This document shows, piece after piece, positions 15,653 to 21,135 of a stretch of 21,135 nucleotides of DNA. The notes under the pieces are model-generated. The model was not told where the DNA came from. It ran no database searches and saw only the letters and a list, made by a program, of their open reading frames with translations. The DNA lies in NCBI GenBank assembly GCA_037446635.1, contig JBBIIG010000065.1:1-21135 (forward strand). The letters are read 5' to 3'. The stretch's first letter is position 1. Each line of letters opens with the position of its first letter. The DNA is from a bacterium. GTDB lineage: Bacteria; Zhuqueibacterota; Zhuqueibacteria; Oceanimicrobiales; Oceanimicrobiaceae. The translations under genes were made by a program, and so were the position numbers.

Positions 15653-18600
15653 ATGCGTCCGGCATCCAAGTGGAATCGATCTTATCTTGTTCTCTCAATT
15701 ATTTTTTCTCCTCTACTCTTTCTAAGTGGGCCGGCGAGTCCGCAAACCAAGCCCATCGAAGGCATCCGCGAAAACACGCCGCAGGTGCACGCCCTCATCA
15801 ACGCGAAAATCGTGCAAGCGCCGGGACGAGTTGTCGAAAACGGAACGATCGTTTTGCGTGACGGCGTGATTGTCGCCGTGGGCGCGCAAGCCGCCATTCC
15901 CGCCGATGCCCGCATCTGGGATTATTCCGGCAAAACCATTTACGCCGGTTTCATTGAACCCTACTCCCACCTCGGTCTGCCGAAGAAAGAACGTGAATCT
16001 CGGGCCTCGGCGCCGGAGGAATCCAACGAGCAGCCGCCAAGCAGCGTTGACCACTGGAACGACAAGGTTCGTTCCCATCACAACGTGCTGAAGGTTTATC
16101 AACCTCGAAAGGAAGATGTCGAAAAGCTGCGGGCGCTGGGTTTCACCGCGGCGTTAATTGCGCCGGAGGAAGGCATCGTTCGCGGCGCCAGCGCGCTGGT
16201 GCAACTTGGCGACGGCGATCTCAACGAGCAGGTTTTACGGGAGAACGTGGCTCAACTTATTTCTTTTGATCGCGGCCGGCCGCAGGGGCGCGGTGCCCGC
16301 ACGTATCCCAATTCCCTCATGGGCGTCATCGCTCTTGTCCGCCAGACTTTGTTGGATGCCCAGTGGTACGAGCAGGCGAACGCGGCCTATCAACTCAATC
16401 CGGTTGGCCAAACCCAACCGGAAACCAACGAGGCGCTTGCCGCCCTCGATGCCGTACTTCAACGCAGTCGACCGGTCATTTTTGAAATTGAGGATGATTT
16501 GAATTTTCTGCGGGCGCAGAAAATCGCTGCCGAATTCAAATTGAATTGGCTGGTGCGCGGCAGCGGCTACGAGTATCGCATTTTGGAAAAAATCAAGGCG
16601 GCGGGCGTCCCGCTGATTCTGCCGGTCAATTTTCCAGAGGCGCCGAAAGTGGAAACGCCGGAAGAAGCGCTGGCGGTGACCCTGGAGGAACTCAGCCACT
16701 GGGAAGCCGCGCCCGGTAATCCCAAGTGGCTGCACGAAACCGGAATTAATTTCTCTATCACCACTGCGGGATTAAAAAACCCTTCGGACTTCCCTGATCG
16801 GATTCGTAAATCATTGGAAGCCGGTCTCTCAAACGATGCACTGCTGGGGGCGCTGACGCTTCAGCCTGCGAAAATGCTGGGGGTAGAACAGAAGCTCGGA
16901 AGCATCGACTCGGGCAAACTCGCCAACCTCGTCATAACCGATGGTGAACTCTTTGCTGAAAAAACCAAAATTCTCGATGTCTGGATTGCCGGCCGACCTT
17001 ATGAAATTAACAAACGATCCGAAACCAAAGTCGCGGGCAATTGGAGTCTGGCGCTGACTCCCGACGACGGCGAGTCCATCACTCTCAAACTGGAACTGAA
17101 AGGCGAAGCGGAAAAATTGAGCGGCGCGGTTTGGCGGGATTCGCTGAAGATAGACCTTCAAAAAGTGAAATTGGATGACCGTCGATTGGTCGTTTCGTTT
17201 AAAGGTGACAGCCTCGGCCGCGCCGGCATCATTCGGATGAATGGCACGCTGGCCGAACAGCGCATCGCTGGCTACGGCGAATTTCCTGATGGCAAACGCT
17301 TTAAATGGGAAGCGGTTTGGCAAAGTGACGCGCCCAAAAAAGATTCCGAATCATCACAGAAAACCAGTGCGGCCGCCGAACTAACTCGGCCCAGCGGGTT
17401 TCCGCCGGGCGCCTACGGACGCCGTGAACCGCCCGCCCAACCGAATCACATTTTAGTGCGTGGCGCCACCGTGTGGACCTGCGGTCCGCCGGGAAAAATA
17501 GAAAACGCCGATGTACTCATCACGCAGGGTAAAATCACTCGCATCGCTCAAAACATAACGGCGCCCCCCGGTGCCCTTGTGATTGAAGCCGCTGGCAAAC
17601 ACGTTACGCCCGGACTCATCGATGCCCACAGTCACACAGCCATCAGTGAGGGCGTGAACGAGGGCACTCAGGCGGTTACCGCGGAAGTCCGCATCGGCGA
17701 CGTGGTGGACAGCCACGACATCGCCATGTACCGTGAGCTGGCCGGCGGACTCACCGCCGCCAATCAGTTGCACGGCTCCGCTAATCCCATCGGCGGGCAG
17801 AATTCGGTGATCAAGCTGCGCTGGGGGTCTCATCCTGATGATCTGAAAATCCCGGACGCCCCGGCCGGCATCAAATTCGCGCTGGGCGAAAACGTCAAGC
17901 AAAGTAACTGGGGCGACCAGTTCACCACTCGCTATCCGCAAACGCGCATGGGTGTGGAGCAGATCATCCGCGACCGTTTCAAAGCGGCACTGGATTATGA
18001 AAAACAGTGGCAGGAATACAACGCCCTCAAAAGCAAACGCGATATCATCCCGCCGCGGCGCGACTTGGAATTGGAGACCCTTCTCGAAATCCTGCGCAGC
18101 CAGCGGCTGGTGCACGCGCACTCGTACCGCCAGGATGAAATTCTGATGCTGGTGCGGGTGGCCGAAGATTTTGGATTTCAAATCGCCACGTTTCAGCACG
18201 TGCTGGAGGGCTACAAAGTCGCCGAGGCGCTGGCCAATCACGGCGCCGGCGCTTCGACGTTTAGCGATTGGTGGGCGTACAAATTTGAAGTTTATGACGC
18301 CATCCCCCACAACGGCGCGCTCATGCACGACGCCGGCGTGGTCGTGTCCTTCAATTCGGATAGCGATGAATTGGCGCGGCGCATGAACCTTGAAGCCGCC
18401 AAAGCGGTGAAATACGGCGGCGTGCCGGAGGAAGAGGCGCTGAAATTCGTGACTTTAAATCCGGCCAAGCAACTGCGCATCGATCACCGTGTCGGCTCAC
18501 TCGAGCCGGGCAAGGACGCGGACTTTGTGATCTGGAGCGGCCATCCGCTTTCCACGTATTCCATTTGCGAGCAAACGTGGATCGAGGGGCGCAAGTATTT

Positions 18601-18730
18601 TGATATTGAAGAAGACAAAGTCATGCGCGAGCAGATTGCCGCGGAGCGGGCGCGGTTGATACAAAAAGTGCTGGCAAGTGCGGATAAAAAGGTTGACGCC
18701 ACCAGAAGAAAGTCAAAAGACACGAATTGA
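15653..18730 (+). CDS. Secreted two-domain amidohydrolase-family protein (imidazolonepropionase-like fold)
   Basis: Signal peptide. Domain 1 has YAGFIEPYSH and GSIDSGKLANLV; domain 2 has TPGLIDAHSH, HGSANPIGG, KFALGENVK, HAHSYR, FQHVLEGYK, NSDS and GSLEPGKDAD. SD GGAGGAG. Confidence 0.92.
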   Translation: MRPASKWNRSYLVLSIIFSPLLFLSGPASPQTKPIEGIRENTPQVHALINAKIVQAPGRVVENGTIVLRDGVIVAVGAQAAIPADARIWDYSGKTIYAGFIEPYSHLGLPKKERESRASAPEESNEQPPSSVDHWNDKVRSHHNVLKVYQPRKEDVEKLRALGFTAALIAPEEGIVRGASALVQLGDGDLNEQVLRENVAQLISFDRGRPQGRGARTYPNSLMGVIALVRQTLLDAQWYEQANAAYQLNPVGQTQPETNEALAALDAVLQRSRPVIFEIEDDLNFLRAQKIAAEFKLNWLVRGSGYEYRILEKIKAAGVPLILPVNFPEAPKVETPEEALAVTLEELSHWEAAPGNPKWLHETGINFSITTAGLKNPSDFPDRIRKSLEAGLSNDALLGALTLQPAKMLGVEQKLGSIDSGKLANLVITDGELFAEKTKILDVWIAGRPYEINKRSETKVAGNWSLALTPDDGESITLKLELKGEAEKLSGAVWRDSLKIDLQKVKLDDRRLVVSFKGDSLGRAGIIRMNGTLAEQRIAGYGEFPDGKRFKWEAVWQSDAPKKDSESSQKTSAAAELTRPSGFPPGAYGRREPPAQPNHILVRGATVWTCGPPGKIENADVLITQGKITRIAQNITAPPGALVIEAAGKHVTPGLIDAHSHTAISEGVNEGTQAVTAEVRIGDVVDSHDIAMYRELAGGLTAANQLHGSANPIGGQNSVIKLRWGSHPDDLKIPDAPAGIKFALGENVKQSNWGDQFTTRYPQTRMGVEQIIRDRFKAALDYEKQWQEYNALKSKRDIIPPRRDLELETLLEILRSQRLVHAHSYRQDEILMLVRVAEDFGFQIATFQHVLEGYKVAEALANHGAGASTFSDWWAYKFEVYDAIPHNGALMHDAGVVVSFNSDSDELARRMNLEAAKAVKYGGVPEEEALKFVTLNPAKQLRIDHRVGSLEPGKDADFVIWSGHPLSTYSICEQTWIEGRKYFDIEEDKVMREQIAAERARLIQKVLASADKKVDATRRKSKDTN

Positions 18731-18750
18731 GCAAAATAAAGCAAAGTAAT

Positions 18751-19077
18751 TTTGAAGTTGTTGGACGAGCAATAGATGGGTCGAAGAGTTGGGGTAATTT
18801 GTCGAGTGACTTCGAGTGGCAAAATCCGCGTGATAACCGTTTTCTGGGAAGGCGAAGCTTGCGAATACTGTGGTGGGAATATTGTTGAAAAACGCGTCAC
18901 CATGCATCGCAAAAATTAAAAGAAAATATGTTTTGCTCGAGAATGTTCCGGCTCGAATTTGTACTCAGTGCGGAACGCGCTATGATGCAGCAAACGTGCT
19001 AAAGACCATCACAGAAAGTGTACGCGGATGCAGGAAGGCAGACCGCGAAGTCGCAGTAGCCGGTTTATTCGCTGTGA
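18751..19077 (+). pseudogene. Degraded DUF4258-like toxin C-terminus fused to a frameshifted YgiT-type (MqsA-like) zinc-finger gene
   Basis: Piecewise translation: FEVVGRAIDG / RRVGVICRVTSSGKIRVITVFWEGEACEYCGGNIVEKRVTMHRK / IKRKYVLLENVPARICTQCGTRY..READ-like KADREVAV / PVYSL*. CxxC..ENVPAxxCxxCG is the YgiT signature; three +1 shifts (about 18780, 18915, 19059). Confidence 0.72.
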
Positions 19078-19134
19078 TTTGGAATTTTGGTCGAATATTG
19101 CCACGTACTTTAAAACAATCAGGAATTTCCCAAG

Positions 19135-19764
19135 ATGTTTGACGCCGGAACCTTAATCTTTCAAGAATTCATGGCGGGCGAAAAATTGTCGTTGGCAACG
19201 ATTCAAGGTGCGATTCTTGAATTCCTCCGCGGTCGAGATGATGCGGTGGTATTTGGCGCGCAAGCGGTTAATGCCTATGTGAACGAGCCGAGGATGAGCC
19301 AGGCTATCTCCCTACTTTCACCACGCGCCTCCGAACTAGCGAAAGAATTGCAGACTTTTCTGAAGGAGCGCTTTCATATTGCCATTCGAATTCGTGAAGT
19401 TGCCAAGGGCAAAGGCTGCAGATTATTCCAGGTTCGGAAATCCGGCAATCGTCATCTAATAGATATTCGAACCGCGGGAAGCCTGCCATTATCGCAACGC
19501 ATCTCGGGTGTGCTGATCGCGGCGCCCGCGGAATTGATCGCCCAGAAAGTCATCGCCTATCATCAACGGCGCGGCCAGCCGAAATCCGGCACCGACTGGC
19601 GGGATTTAGCCATGCTTCTGCTGGCCTTCCCAAAACTCAAACAGAAGTCCAGCCCGGTGGCGGATCGACTCAAAGCAGCCGGCGCCGCTCCCGCGGTTTT
19701 TGATCTTTGGAATGAATTAGTCTCACAAAAAATTAAACCATCAATTGAAGAGGACGAATTTTAG
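19135..19764 (+). CDS. AbiEii/AbiGii-like nucleotidyltransferase-fold protein, catalytic DxD apparently lost
   Basis: VVFGAQAVNAY..PRMSQAISLL (family pattern GA/GG..RxTxDxD), LIAQKV and DWRDL C-terminal motifs. Confidence 0.75.
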   Translation: MFDAGTLIFQEFMAGEKLSLATIQGAILEFLRGRDDAVVFGAQAVNAYVNEPRMSQAISLLSPRASELAKELQTFLKERFHIAIRIREVAKGKGCRLFQVRKSGNRHLIDIRTAGSLPLSQRISGVLIAAPAELIAQKVIAYHQRRGQPKSGTDWRDLAMLLLAFPKLKQKSSPVADRLKAAGAAPAVFDLWNELVSQKIKPSIEEDEF

Positions 19765-19782
19765 AACAACGAGGAGTATCAC

Positions 19783-21126
19783 ATGAGGAAATTAATATTC
19801 ACATTTATGAAAATGGTTTTCGTCATGTGGATGGCCGATCTGTTCGCCTCCGATCAAATCCCCGCCAAAAAACAAGACCACCCCATCGCGCTCATTGGCG
19901 GCGCCATTCACACGGTCAGCGGGCCGGTGATCGAGCACGGCACAATCATTTTCATTGATGGCAAAATCACTGCCATTGGAACGGACGTGGTTTTGCCCGA
20001 CGGCGCCGAACGAATTTACATTGAGGGCAAGCACGTCTATCCCGGCCTCATCGCTGCTTCTACTGCTTTGGGATTGGTGGAAATCAGCGCGGTGCGCGCC
20101 ACCCGTGATTTTGCGGAAGTCGGCGACATCAAGCCCAACGTTCGTGCGGAAGTCTCCATCAATCCCGATAGCGAGCTTTTGCCCGTGGCGCGCGCCAACG
20201 GCATCACCCTCGCGCACACTGTGCCCAGCGGTGGGGTCATCTCCGGCACCTCCGCCCTCTTCATGCTCGACGGCTGGACCTGGGAAAGCATGACCGTAAA
20301 AGCGCCGGTGGGATTGGTGATTAACTGGCCGGCCATGGCCCCCAGCCGCTCGCCATTTGCACGCCGCAGCGAAGAAGAACAAATTAAAGAACGCGACAAA
20401 CAATTAAAACTCATCCGCGACGCCTTCGCCGAGGCGCGGGCTTACATGAAAGCCAAAGAAGCTGAAACCCAGAAAGGCGTGCCGTATCACGACACCGACC
20501 TGCGCTGGGAAGCGATGATCCCGGTTCTGAAAAAAGAAATACCGCTGCTCATTCGCGCGCAAGAAATTCGCCAGATTCAATCGGCCCTCGATTGGCTGGC
20601 GCAGGAAGACCTCAAGGCCGTGCTGCTGGCCGGCCAGGATGTGTGGCTGGTCGCCGAGGTTTTGAAAGAAAAAAATATCCCGGTGATCATCGAGGAAATT
20701 CATAAAGTGCCGCTGCGCCGCTGGGAGGCGTACGACCTGCCGTTCACCGTTCCCAAAAAATTATATGACGCCGGGGTGAAATTCTGCATCGCCGGTTCCG
20801 GCTCCGCGTTCGATGCCGCCCATGAACGGAATCTTCCCTATCACGCGGCCACGGCAGCCGCGTACGGCCTCCCAAAAGAGGAAGCGCTGAAAGCGGTCAC
20901 CCTTTATCCTGCTGAAATTTTGGGCGTCGCGGATCGGATGGGTTCGCTGGAAGTTGGAAAAGACGCCACGTTGATTGTCACCACCGGCGATCCTTTGGAA
21001 ATCACCACCCAAATCGAGCGCGAGTTCATCCAGGGCCGCGATATCGATTTGAGCAGCCGGCACACGCAGCTTTATGAAAAATACAAAATCAAATATCAGC
21101 AGATGGGGCCTACCAACGGCAAGTAA
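19783..21126 (+). CDS. Secreted amidohydrolase-family protein, probable partner of the upstream two-domain amidohydrolase
   Basis: SD GAGGAG; IALIGGAIHTVSG, HVYPGLIA, LGLVEI, RANGIT, RNLPYHAATAAAYGL, AVTLYPAEILGV and GSLEVGKDATL. Confidence 0.92.
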   Translation: MRKLIFTFMKMVFVMWMADLFASDQIPAKKQDHPIALIGGAIHTVSGPVIEHGTIIFIDGKITAIGTDVVLPDGAERIYIEGKHVYPGLIAASTALGLVEISAVRATRDFAEVGDIKPNVRAEVSINPDSELLPVARANGITLAHTVPSGGVISGTSALFMLDGWTWESMTVKAPVGLVINWPAMAPSRSPFARRSEEEQIKERDKQLKLIRDAFAEARAYMKAKEAETQKGVPYHDTDLRWEAMIPVLKKEIPLLIRAQEIRQIQSALDWLAQEDLKAVLLAGQDVWLVAEVLKEKNIPVIIEEIHKVPLRRWEAYDLPFTVPKKLYDAGVKFCIAGSGSAFDAAHERNLPYHAATAAAYGLPKEEALKAVTLYPAEILGVADRMGSLEVGKDATLIVTTGDPLEITTQIEREFIQGRDIDLSSRHTQLYEKYKIKYQQMGPTNGK

Positions 21127-21135
21127 TTCTGAAGA

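Noticed and set aside
16235..18328. Minus-strand ORFs 16235..16735, 16829..17323 and 17453..18328
   Set aside because: Antisense shadows of the amidohydrolase gene.
18870..19142. 90-aa ORF as an intact gene
   Set aside because: Only its middle matches the YgiT zinc finger; the first CxxC and the PVYSL end lie in other frames.
18731..19782. Insertion sequence or integron cassette as carrier of the TA debris
   Set aside because: No transposase, terminal inverted repeats, target duplication or convincing attC found by eye.

Overview
GC-rich chromosomal segment of a diderm bacterium with Shine-Dalgarno sites and sigma70-type promoters; an FCB-group/KSB1-like lineage is only an impression. Left: a minus-strand run of lipoprotein, divergent polysaccharide deacetylase, pdxJ and transketolase (its stop lies beyond the window edge). 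Divergent from it is a single-chain homoaconitase resembling fungal Lys4/LysF, converging on a DinB/YfiT gene. Centre: a TonB-dependent receptor, a perfect 30-bp REP-like palindrome, then three overlapping genes (MMPL/RND transporter, PhnD-like periplasmic binding protein, TPR/TRAP-T-like lipoprotein). Their order and families match the BstA-BstB-BstC sterol transport system, but no cyclase gene is in the window; with the receptor this is the best candidate for an undescribed lipid trafficking or uptake system. The MMPL frame has a conserved-looking N-terminus with no ATG/GTG/TTG start. Right: two tandem membrane-anchored hendecad coiled-coil genes (the second frameshifted) and a pair of secreted amidohydrolase-family genes split by about 1 kb of toxin-antitoxin debris (DUF4258/YgiT zinc-finger pseudogene and a nucleotidyltransferase lacking its DxD motif). 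No rRNA, tRNA, CRISPR array or intact transposase was seen. All family calls come from motif recognition, not database searches.
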